Source of the DNA: Desulfomicrobium sp.
Lineage (GTDB): Bacteria; Desulfobacterota; Desulfovibrionia; Desulfovibrionales; Desulfomicrobiaceae
Direction of reading: 5' to 3'
DNA: 64,000 nucleotides
Assembly: GCA_040768745.1 (NCBI GenBank)
Contig: JAXGMI010000001.1
Span: 756,805 to 820,804 of the forward strand
The notes beneath the pieces were generated by a model that saw only the letters and a list, made by a program, of their open reading frames with translations, searched no databases and had not been told where the DNA came from. Of the stretch, positions 26,295 to 35,637 are shown piece after piece. The position numbers and the translations under genes are program-made. Position 1 is the first letter of the stretch. The number at the start of each line of letters is the position of its first letter.

Positions 26295-27077
26295 ATGACG
26301 ACGTGGGACAGACAGTCTTACTACTATTCCGGCCAGGGTGTGGTCATGGTCGGGGACCTGGACGAGGACAACGCCCTGCTGGGCTTGACGCCGCTCGGCA
26401 ACGTGACGGCGCTGGAGATCGGCGTGGAGGTGTCCGTCGAGGAGCACACGGAGAGCCAGAGCGGCCAGCGCGGCACGGACCTGCGCAAGGAAAAGGAGAC
26501 CAAGGTCAGCATCAAGATGACCGCCCAGAACTTCGTGCGCGACGTGCTGGCCATGTTCACCCGCGGCACGTCGACGCCCGTCGACGCCGGCGAGGTCACG
26601 GCCGGAGAGGTGGTCTGCATGCTCGGCAAGGTCATGCCGCTGCCGCACATCAAGGTCAGCGATGTGGTACTGAAGAAGGGTGAGGCGACCCTCACGGCCT
26701 ACGTCGATGACGACACCCCCTATGACTACCAGCTCAATGCCGACGCCGGCAGCATCAGGTTCGCGGCCACCCCGGCCACGTCCGGCCTGACGGACGAGGA
26801 CGAGCTGACCATCGCCTACGATTACGCGGCCCAGGCCCAGGTGGACAGCCTGACCACCGGCGCCGTGGCCCGCTTCCTGCGGTTCGAGGGCCTGAACACC
26901 GCCGACAGCAACCAGCCGGTGGTTGTCGAGGCCTTCCGCTGCCAGTTCGACCCGGCCAAGGTATTGTCCCTGATCTCGGACGAGACCGTCCAGTCATTCG
27001 AGCTGGAAGGGTCGATCCTGGCCGATCTGACCCGCGCAACCGGATCCAAGTACTTCCGCGAACGGATGCTGCGGTAG
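26295..27077 (+). CDS. Major tail tube protein (non-contractile tail)
   Basis: YYYSGQG.V..LGNV..L..EEH.ESQSGQR..D pattern of siphovirus tube proteins; RBS GAGGAG. Confidence 0.8.
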   Translation: MTTWDRQSYYYSGQGVVMVGDLDEDNALLGLTPLGNVTALEIGVEVSVEEHTESQSGQRGTDLRKEKETKVSIKMTAQNFVRDVLAMFTRGTSTPVDAGEVTAGEVVCMLGKVMPLPHIKVSDVVLKKGEATLTAYVDDDTPYDYQLNADAGSIRFAATPATSGLTDEDELTIAYDYAAQAQVDSLTTGAVARFLRFEGLNTADSNQPVVVEAFRCQFDPAKVLSLISDETVQSFELEGSILADLTRATGSKYFRERMLR

Positions 27078-27152
27078 CCCGACATCAACGCCAACGGGCC
27101 GGTTCAACGAGAGCCGGCCCGAACCACGGCCAAGCCTGACCTAAGGAGTACC

Positions 27153-27563
27153 ATGGAAACCCTTGAGAAGATCGCCCCTGCCCCTCTCACCCTCACCGTC
27201 GCCGGCGAGTCCCTGACAATCTCCCCGATCAAGACCAGGGAGCTGCCCAGGATGCTCAAGGCAGTGAAGCCCATCGCCGCCGAGATCCAGTCCGGGGACG
27301 TGGTCGCCGCACTGATGGCGAACGCGGACTGCCTGGTCGAGGCCGTGGCCATCGGAGCCAGGAAGCCCAGGGCCTGGGTGGACGAATTGGATCTGGACGA
27401 CCTGGTCATGCTGGCGTCCGCCGTGTTGGAGGTGAATGGCGATTTTTTCGTCCGTGCGGTCCTGCCCGGGGCAATAGAGGCGATGGACCGCGTGAGTCAG
27501 CTGATTGGGCAGAGGTCATCGATGCCCTCGTCGGCGGCGGATACGGACTCGACGAAATCCTAG
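27153..27563 (+). CDS. Tail assembly chaperone (G-like)
   Basis: Between tube and tape measure; W.DEL.LDD..L..VLEVNGDFF motif. Confidence 0.75.
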   Translation: METLEKIAPAPLTLTVAGESLTISPIKTRELPRMLKAVKPIAAEIQSGDVVAALMANADCLVEAVAIGARKPRAWVDELDLDDLVMLASAVLEVNGDFFVRAVLPGAIEAMDRVSQLIGQRSSMPSSAADTDSTKS

Positions 27564-27730
27564 ATCTCCCGCGCGACGGCGTTCTGGCTCTGGCTGACGC
27601 GCTGGCGGCCAGGCGGCGCAAGGAATCGATCCTGCGCGAGATTGAACAGAGCAACGCGGCCCGCGCCGCCTGGCTCGATCCGAAAGACTACAACGCCCAC
27701 GTGGCGAAACTGAAGAAGGAACTCGCATGA
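27153..27730 (+). CDS. Tail assembly chaperone GT fusion via predicted -1 frameshift
   Basis: In-frame T TTT TTC at 27443-27449; -1 frame open to TGA 27728-27730 overlapping TMP start. Confidence 0.6.
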
Positions 27731-30700
27731 GCGACATGGCTCTCTCCCTAAAGATCCAGGCCGATGCCAAGCAAACCATGGCCGAGCTGAAGGCCCTTGT
27801 GGCCCAGGTGAAGCTGTCGGGCCGAGAGGCTACGGCCGCGGAGCGGGAGGCCATCAACGCCGCGCGCGAACGGGTCAAGGAGACGCGGGCCGTGGCACTG
27901 GCCCAGCGCGACATGGGCACCCTCGGTGTGCGGTCCACCAAGGCCATCAAGGAAGAGATGGACCAGGTGAACGCCGCCCTGGACCGCCTCAAGAGATCGA
28001 GCAGCGCGGCGGGAACGGACCTGGCCCGCGCGACCCAAGCCGCCAAGGTCAAGATGTCCGAGTTGAAGGCCGAGATGTCCGGCACCGTCAGTGCCTCGGA
28101 CCAACTGCGGGACGCTTGGGGGCAGCTGGCCGGCCTGGTCGCCGGACTGGCTGCGTTCGGCACGGCGGCCAGGGAGGCCATCCAGTTCGAGAGCGCCCTG
28201 GTGGATCTGCGCCGTGCCGCCGGCGTGACCAGCGACGAGGCCCGGGAGATGGGCAAGGAGTTCCAGGACCTGGCCGTCAAACTGGGCATGAGCGCGGTGG
28301 CCATCACGCAGCTGGCCACGGAAGCGGCCAAGACCGGCGTGGCTAAGCGCGATCTGCTGGAGTTCTCGCGGATCGCTGCCACGGCGGCCATGAATTTTGA
28401 CATGCTCCCCGAGGAGGCCGGCAACGCCCTGGCCAAGCTCAAGAACATCCTCGGCCTGGGCGTGAAGGACATGGAAGCCTTCGTGGCCACCCTGAACGAG
28501 CTGGCCGACAACGCCGCCACCAGCGAGCGGGACATCATCGAGGCCCTGAAGCTGGGCGGTGGATCCGCGATCCAGTTTGGCCTGACCGCCAGGGAGTCCG
28601 CGGCTTTGGCCACGGCGTTCCTGGACCTGGGCGCGACATCGGAGCAGGCCGGCACGGCCATGCGCACCCTGCTGGGCAGATTGCGCCTTGCGTCCTCCGG
28701 AACTGGCGAGGCCGGCAAGGCTCTGCAGCGAGTTGTCGGCGACGCGCGGAAGTTCGCCCAGGTCATGGCCGTGGACGCCAGCGGAGCGCTGCAGCAGTTC
28801 ATGGAGAAGCTGAAGGAGATGCCGTCGGCGCAACGCTTCGAAGTATTGCGGGACATCTTCGCCGAAGGCCTGGACACGGAGAATATCTCCAAGCTGGCCG
28901 GCGGTGTCGACCGGTTGACAGCGGCCATGGGCCGGGCGGCCAAGTCCGATGACGAGCTGATCCAGGGCTTGCGCGACCTGACGAACATGAAGCTCGAATC
29001 CACCTAGTCCGAGCTGAACAAGATGGGCGCAGCCTGGCGCAATGCCGGCTCGGCTGTCGGAGAACTCTTCCTGCCGATGATTCGAGCGACAGCCATCGCC
29101 CTGGTGGCCGTGGCCGATGCCATCAGGACGTTGATCGATGTGGCCCCGAACCTGACCAGGTTGGTTACGGTCGGCGCGATGATCGCCTTGGCCTGGGCCC
29201 CGCTCAAACTGCTCTTTTCAGGGCTTGGGCCGGCGCTGACGCGTCTCGGGTCCGTAGCCGTCGCCGTTGGATCAGCGTTATGGAAGTTTTTTTCGGCGAC
29301 GAGCGCCGGGGTTACGATCCTTGGGGGTGCCCGCGTCGCTATGGCAACCCTGGGCCGAGCCATCGTGGCTATGCTCGGTCCAATCGGGTGGGCACTCTCG
29401 GGCCTGACGCTCCTCTGGTCCGCCTGGAATTGGTTCAAAGAAGACGACCAGGCAAAGGCCATGGCTGAACGAGCTGCGGCATTCGATGATGTGGGCTCTG
29501 CCCTGAAAGGCGTCGGGACCGCTGCTGACCAGGCAAAGAACCAGATCCAGCTGGCCATGGAGGAGGCGACGGCGCCCATCGAGGCCCTGGTTGCGAACTA
29601 CAAGACGGCCACCGAGCAGATCAAGACGACCCTTGCCGACCGGCTGCTGGCCATCGACGACGCGGCCAAGCGGGAACTGGAGGTTGTGCAGACTGCTGGC
29701 CTGAGCCAGCGTGACCAACTGCGAGAAACGGCCCGGATCACGCTCGAAGCCGAGAATCAGAAGGTCGACGCCATCCGGACGGCCGGTCAGGACATGGAGC
29801 GCGCCTGGCAGACGACCTATGGCCGGGCCCTGGAGATAGCACGCGCCGCCGGCATGGACACGGTGAAGCTGGAGCAGGACGCCACCGACGCCAAGATCGA
29901 GATCTACAAGCAGCTGGAAGCAGGATACCGCAAGACCGTCGATGCCCTCATCGCCGAGGAGCAGCGGCACCTGAGGGCCGTGCAGGAGATCGAGAACCAG
30001 CGGCTGCTGCTGAAAATGTCCGTCGAGGATAGGATCCGCTCGCTGAAGCAGAAGACCATGTCCGACGAGCAGGCCTATGCCGACCGCGTCCAGCAGATCG
30101 AGGACAAGCTGGCCAAGGCTCGGGAGGCATCGGCCAAGGGCCAGTCCGACATGGCCAAGCGGTATGCCGACGAGGCCATGGGCCTGGCGGAACGCAATGC
30201 CCAGGAAGTGGTCCGGACGGTGGAGCAAGGCGGCCAGCGCGTCTCCACCACGGTGGTCACCCTGGAGCAGGCCGTGCGCACCAGCCAGGGGCAGATCGAG
30301 CAGGCCTTCTCCATCCTGGACAGCGACCTGGCCAAGAACGCCCAGGACCGCGCGGAGATGGCCAGCGACACCAAGGCCAAGGCAGGCGAGGCCAAGAACG
30401 ACCTGCAGGGCGTCCTGGAAAAGCTCCAGGAAATCAGGGCGGCCCAAGAGCAGAAGGTCGCGTTGCAGCTGGAGGCTGACGAAGCATCTGCGGCAGCGGC
30501 CCTGGAGAAATTGCGCGCTATCGCCGATGCCCAGACCATCCTGGCAAAGGTTGACGCGGATCTGGCTGCGGCCACGGCGAGCTTGCAGGCATGGAAGGAT
30601 GCTCCGGACAACAAGGAAATGGCCCTGACCGCCAGGGTGGACCAGGCCAGCCTCGACGTGTCGGTCGCCAATCTCAAGACGGCCATGACCAATGCCGGCC

Positions 30701-31386
30701 TGCAGGTGCCCGCCGACCTGGACACCGCCCCGGCCAGGGAATCACTCGAAAAGCTGCACCAGATCCTCGACAGCACGAAGACGACCTCCAAGCACGATGT
30801 GAAGGACAACGTCCCGGCCGTGAAGAAGGAGATCGATTCCTTGAAAGGCCGCAACACGTCCTCCACGCACACGATCTACGTGCGTCGAGTTGAACGCAAC
30901 GCTGCAGGCGGGTGGGCCGGCGAGGCAGCCCAGAGCCTGGCCGATGGCGGCCGGGCCTGGCGCCGCTTCACGGGTACGGTCTTCGGCCCAGGGACGGGCA
31001 CGTCGGACTCGATCCGCGCCATGCTGTCCCGCGGTGAGTTCGTGGTCCGGGAGCGGGCGACCAGGATCGTGTCCCAGGTGCTGCCCGGGTTCATCGAACG
31101 GTTCAACGCCGTGTCTTCGAAGACCGACTTGCAGCGCCTGTTCAGCAGTTTCGCGGGGGCGCTGTCCGCGCCGCAGCTCAAGTTGGCCGGCGGCGGCTGG
31201 GCCACGGCTCCGGTCATTTCATCCACGTCCGGAGCGCCCGGCGCATTCAGCGACACGATGACCTGGTTGATTCGCGCCGGCGAGAGCGAGGCCAGGATCC
31301 GCGTCGTGGGCGCCGACAGCCGCCGCGATCTGCACGCCATCACCGACGAGCTGACCCGCGTGGGTCTGTTGAGGGGGACGAGATAA
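27727..31386 (+). pseudogene. Tape measure protein, interrupted by one in-frame TAG (29005-29007)
   Basis: Both ORFs in the same frame; TP901-type core (FESAL.DL, LNELADN.A..E.DI), Ala-rich helices, C-terminal GPGTGTSDSI.AMLS.GEFV. Confidence 0.85.
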
Positions 31387-31387
31387 C

Positions 31388-31882
31388 ATGGGCACACGCT
31401 TCCGGCTGTATTCGACGGATGTCGACCCGACGCTGACCCCGGACCTTTACGGCACCGAGGAGCCGCCGGCAGAACCATCGGCCGTCCCCGCCGTCCTCAT
31501 CCGATGGGATCATGACCCCATCGAGGGCGGAATCCAGGAAGCGCCTCCCGAGGGGCGCGGATCCGTCATCGAGACCGGAGACAATGGCATCGTGGTGCAG
31601 GACTTCGGCGTGCCGGACGGCGGCGGCACATTGACCATCCAGGGCAACGCACAGCCCGACGGGGAATTCCTGACGCCGGAGACGGTGGCCCTGTTCCGGG
31701 CCGCGTACAAGGCCGCCGACGTCGAGTACTACCTGACGGACGGCGTCCGCTGCTGGCGAGTTAGGTGGAGCCGCAAGCCGGCAGGTTTTAACGTCTGGAT
31801 GTCCCAGTTCTGGGCGGAGCATGGCGTGATCGAGTACAGCTACGAGTTCGTATTCATTGTCATGGAGGAAATCGAGCTGTGA
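31388..31882 (+). CDS. Putative distal tail protein
   Basis: 164 aa gene right after TMP. Confidence 0.5.
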   Translation: MGTRFRLYSTDVDPTLTPDLYGTEEPPAEPSAVPAVLIRWDHDPIEGGIQEAPPEGRGSVIETGDNGIVVQDFGVPDGGGTLTIQGNAQPDGEFLTPETVALFRAAYKAADVEYYLTDGVRCWRVRWSRKPAGFNVWMSQFWAEHGVIEYSYEFVFIVMEEIEL

Positions 31883-34800
31883 AGCCGTGGCGCGTCATCC
31901 TGAACGGCGTCGACATCACGCGGAAGGTGTCTCGGGTGCAGACTCGGAGCGAGGCAGAGAATATCTGCCTCGAAGCCGAGGTGACCATCGCCGATCCGTC
32001 GATCCTCGATGGCATTGTTTTGCCGCGGGTGCCGCAGGTCCTGGCGATAGAGGTCGACGCGCTGGTAAATGGATCCTGGGTGAGTCGCGGCGCGTATTAC
32101 CTGGAGCAGATCGGCCACGCCCTGGAGCAGAACTCTCACTTGGCCACGGTCTGGGGCCGCAGTCTGAGCGCCCGGCTGACGACGCCATGGGCCCAGAAAA
32201 TTTCCCGCCAGTGGGGCGTGGCGAAGACCATCGACGAGATCCTGTCCGAGCTGTCCGCGATGTGCGGTGTGGCCATTTCGATTCAAAATGATTTTCCGAT
32301 CTGCCAGTACTGCTACGCGGTGTCGGACTGGTACCCGAGCCAGATCGTTCAGGATTTGGCCGAACGGTCCGGCCAGATCTGCTGGCCGCAGATCGACGGG
32401 TCGCTCCTGATCGCGCCCAGGTTGTGCCGCGACCTGCCGGCGCCGGTGGTCACCCTGGTCGCCAATCAGATTGAGGTACAGGGTGTCCGCAGGCAGGTGC
32501 CCGATTTTGGCAACCGCATCTTGGTTTCCGGCGACGCTGCAGTCGCTGGCTTGTCAGTGCAGGTCGTGCCGCTGTCCGATGAAGATGCATGCGTTGTCGC
32601 TGACGGTCAATCCGCCGTTCGGCTCATCGCCATTGTTCTCGGCGCGGACGGATTGCCGGTTGCACTTGGGACAGTGGTCACATGGTCCGCATCATCCGGG
32701 CTCATGTCAGCAGCGACGAGCCAGACTGCAGAAGTCATGCGACAAGGCGAGGCTCATAAAGCTGACAGCTACACCAGCATCACGCTGGATATGCCTGCCG
32801 TTTCCGTTGTAGGCGTCTATGCCCGCAAAGACACACGGCGCGTTACGAACCTGTACCGGCAGCGAGGTGGCTCGGTGTCTGGCCGTGTCATCACATTTGC
32901 GGCCCCGCTCGACTACTTCGATCAGGCTGTTATTGTTGACTACATCGTTGCAGGAGCACCGATCACATGGACGGCTGGATGGGTCCCTGGCGATGTGACG
33001 GTGCTTGCATCCGTTGCTGGGGCGCAAGGCTATGCAACGATTCACCAGAGCAACCCGACGGCCTGTCAAACGCAGATTTCGCTTGAAGCTGTTCCATCGT
33101 CGCCATGCCTGGGCGATACGGTCACGATTTTTCTCAAAGCAACAATGTTCGGAGGAGCTGGCGTTGGCACAGCAACCTTTGACATCCAGGGGTGCGGATC
33201 GATTTCGAGTACGCGAACAGCACTACAGCCTCAGCAGATTACAGAGACATTGAGGACAAGCATTTGGGGCGGGGCTGCGGAGGTGCGGCTGTCCGCCGTT
33301 CCTGCCGCTGGGTCTGTTCCTGTCGTCTATGAGGTGGGCACGACAACACCTAACCTTTACGCCTCGCACAAAGGGCAGACTGTCATCCTCAACAACGCAG
33401 CGATACTTCCGGGCACGCAGGTTGCGGTCACCTACGTTGCAGGCGGAACGGCGGCGATCACGTGGACGCCGTCTGCGCTGCCGAGCGGCAACGAGTACAT
33501 CGCAGACTCTTTGCTCGTCACGCATGCTGGAGAGGCACCAAATACTGTCGCACAGGTCACGCTAACTCGCACGCCGGTTTCTGCGCCTCTATGCGTCCCG
33601 ACGATGGAGATTGGCGATTTTTACGCCTCGCATAATGGGAAAGTGGTCACGCTGCTTGAAGATAATGGCGTCATCCTCCCGGTGGGCACGCTGGTGTATT
33701 GCTCGTATCAGTCTGTTTGGGGCACGCAGCCTGGATGCTCTGCAATCATTACTGTGCGTGTTGAGGACGGCAGCGAGGACGGAGGTCGCGGGCAACTATC
33801 GGTCACGGCGCGAGACTGTCGTACCGTCGTAACGGACGGGACGTATGACCCGAATGACCCGACGCAGATACCAGACGAGGTGTTAGGAGGGGGCGGCTCC
33901 GTAAGCCCGCCTGATCTCGAAGATGAAGAGGATATGACTGTAACGCCAAACGGATGCAATACAGGATCTATCAACGCCCGCACGCCCGTCATAAATGCCC
34001 AAAACTCCACCTCTGTTTTCGGTGTGCCTTCAGTCGAGCAGTGCCCCGGCAACTGCACGTGTGACGAGATTTGCACGGCCCTAAGAAACACGGGTCGCTT
34101 ATCCGCTGAAGGCAATATGACGTGGTCGACATGCATGACCGCCTGTAATGCTGCGCGTGCTCAACAGTGCAACTCTTGCACGCTCTCAGGGCCGTCTACA
34201 CTCGAACCAGGGGCCGAGGGTACCTGGACGGACAACAAGGGCAATTCCGGTGAGTGGACTGGCGCTCTTTCTCTTATTGAACGCACATCGGCAGGTTACA
34301 AGGCCAAGATGCCTACCGGGGGCGCAGGTCCTTTCACCGTGCAAGTTTGCTACGGTGGGGACGCTCGCCAGTGCTGTGAGGCTCAAGTTGCATTTCCTCC
34401 CTGTTCTCTAACTGGTCCGTCAGAACTTTCCCCGGGGCAAGAGGGTGAATATGTTCCATCGCTTGGAATGAGTGCGGCATCGGCGGTTGCATCGAGCATG
34501 AACATAGTACGGAAAACAGAAACGGCTTTTATTGCCGCGCTTTCCAGCGGCAAATGCAGTGGGTCGATAAGTGTTTCTTACGGCGGGCGTTTGTGCGGAC
34601 TGCAGATTGTGTCGTCCACGTTGAATAACGACACTATGGTCGCTGTCGGCCCAGCAGAGCTTCAGCCGGGGGAGAGCGATTATTTCGCCGTAGGCACTGG
34701 CAGCGGCAATCTGGATGGGCTGACCTACACCGGCACTCTGGAGATGGTGTCGCACGCCGGCGGTGGCGCGATACTACGCATGCCTAACGGGGCGAGTGGT

Positions 34801-35133
34801 AGCTACACGGCCAGTTGGACGGCGAGTTGTGGGCGGAGTGCGAGCGTGAGTGTAATTGCTGCACAAGGATCTTGTATTGGTGCAAGAAGTCGAGGCTGTG
34901 GTGACATCCCGGAGTATGTCAGAGCCGGACCTGGAGGAGCATGTGCTGTTGTTGGGGCTGGTTCTGCTGGGTGGTGCAGCGCTGCTGTTGGATGCTGGAT
35001 GACAGAGGCAATATGTGCATCTAATCTGCCTATGTTCAAGGGCAAACCATGTTTGTGCCAGTCCACGTCTGCGCTCCAGGGTGGGGATGATCCGCCAGCG
35101 AACGGGGGCACATTCGTGTTGATACCAGTATAA
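31879..35133 (+). CDS. Large tail-tip/hub protein with beta-rich domains and Cys-rich C-terminus
   Basis: N-terminal hub-like region; Thr/Val/Gly-rich middle; three GPxxLxPG repeats; ~24 Cys in last ~395 aa. Confidence 0.7.
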   Translation: MKPWRVILNGVDITRKVSRVQTRSEAENICLEAEVTIADPSILDGIVLPRVPQVLAIEVDALVNGSWVSRGAYYLEQIGHALEQNSHLATVWGRSLSARLTTPWAQKISRQWGVAKTIDEILSELSAMCGVAISIQNDFPICQYCYAVSDWYPSQIVQDLAERSGQICWPQIDGSLLIAPRLCRDLPAPVVTLVANQIEVQGVRRQVPDFGNRILVSGDAAVAGLSVQVVPLSDEDACVVADGQSAVRLIAIVLGADGLPVALGTVVTWSASSGLMSAATSQTAEVMRQGEAHKADSYTSITLDMPAVSVVGVYARKDTRRVTNLYRQRGGSVSGRVITFAAPLDYFDQAVIVDYIVAGAPITWTAGWVPGDVTVLASVAGAQGYATIHQSNPTACQTQISLEAVPSSPCLGDTVTIFLKATMFGGAGVGTATFDIQGCGSISSTRTALQPQQITETLRTSIWGGAAEVRLSAVPAAGSVPVVYEVGTTTPNLYASHKGQTVILNNAAILPGTQVAVTYVAGGTAAITWTPSALPSGNEYIADSLLVTHAGEAPNTVAQVTLTRTPVSAPLCVPTMEIGDFYASHNGKVVTLLEDNGVILPVGTLVYCSYQSVWGTQPGCSAIITVRVEDGSEDGGRGQLSVTARDCRTVVTDGTYDPNDPTQIPDEVLGGGGSVSPPDLEDEEDMTVTPNGCNTGSINARTPVINAQNSTSVFGVPSVEQCPGNCTCDEICTALRNTGRLSAEGNMTWSTCMTACNAARAQQCNSCTLSGPSTLEPGAEGTWTDNKGNSGEWTGALSLIERTSAGYKAKMPTGGAGPFTVQVCYGGDARQCCEAQVAFPPCSLTGPSELSPGQEGEYVPSLGMSAASAVASSMNIVRKTETAFIAALSSGKCSGSISVSYGGRLCGLQIVSSTLNNDTMVAVGPAELQPGESDYFAVGTGSGNLDGLTYTGTLEMVSHAGGGAILRMPNGASGSYTASWTASCGRSASVSVIAAQGSCIGARSRGCGDIPEYVRAGPGGACAVVGAGSAGWCSAAVGCWMTEAICASNLPMFKGKPCLCQSTSALQGGDDPPANGGTFVLIPV

Positions 35134-35142
35134 GGTGAAAGC

Positions 35143-35637
35143 ATGCTGAATGATACTGAAAAGACTATTGTAAATCTTGACTACGTGCCCATGTCCAGTG
35201 TCCGAACTGCATATATCAATCGCGTGCGTTTGGAGCATGAGCGACATGACAAGATCAGTGCATGGTTTGATTCGAATGGTTTCGAGCTCCTGGACATCCC
35301 CGCCGGCCAGCTCCTGACAGACGATGGCCGTGAGGTGCTGCGGGCGCACGGCAAAGCCTGGGCTCTCCGGCCAGAGGTGCATGCACGGCGACTAGCAGAG
35401 GCTATGGAGCAGGCCAGAAAATGTGATGCTGCACGGACAGAACAACAGCCACAGCAAGCACAGCCGACACCACCGCCCACAATCTGCACATCGCTGATTG
35501 ACGGGCAACTCTGCGGAGGCAATCTGGTTCTGGCTCCCGTCTGCCCGAATTGTGCGCTTGGGAAAAGCGGCGTGGCTGCAACCCTGACCTGTGATGTCTG
35601 CGGGCATGCGGCGGCAATTATGCGAGGTGACGGATGA
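35143..35637 (+). CDS. Hypothetical tail-module protein with C-terminal Cys cluster
   Basis: C-x8-C..CPNC..CDVC. Confidence 0.6.
   Translation: MLNDTEKTIVNLDYVPMSSVRTAYINRVRLEHERHDKISAWFDSNGFELLDIPAGQLLTDDGREVLRAHGKAWALRPEVHARRLAEAMEQARKCDAARTEQQPQQAQPTPPPTICTSLIDGQLCGGNLVLAPVCPNCALGKSGVAATLTCDVCGHAAAIMRGDG

Noticed and set aside
29005-29007. Pyrrolysine recoding as the explanation of the TMP amber codon
   Set aside because: No pyl genes or supporting signal in this window; point mutation is simpler
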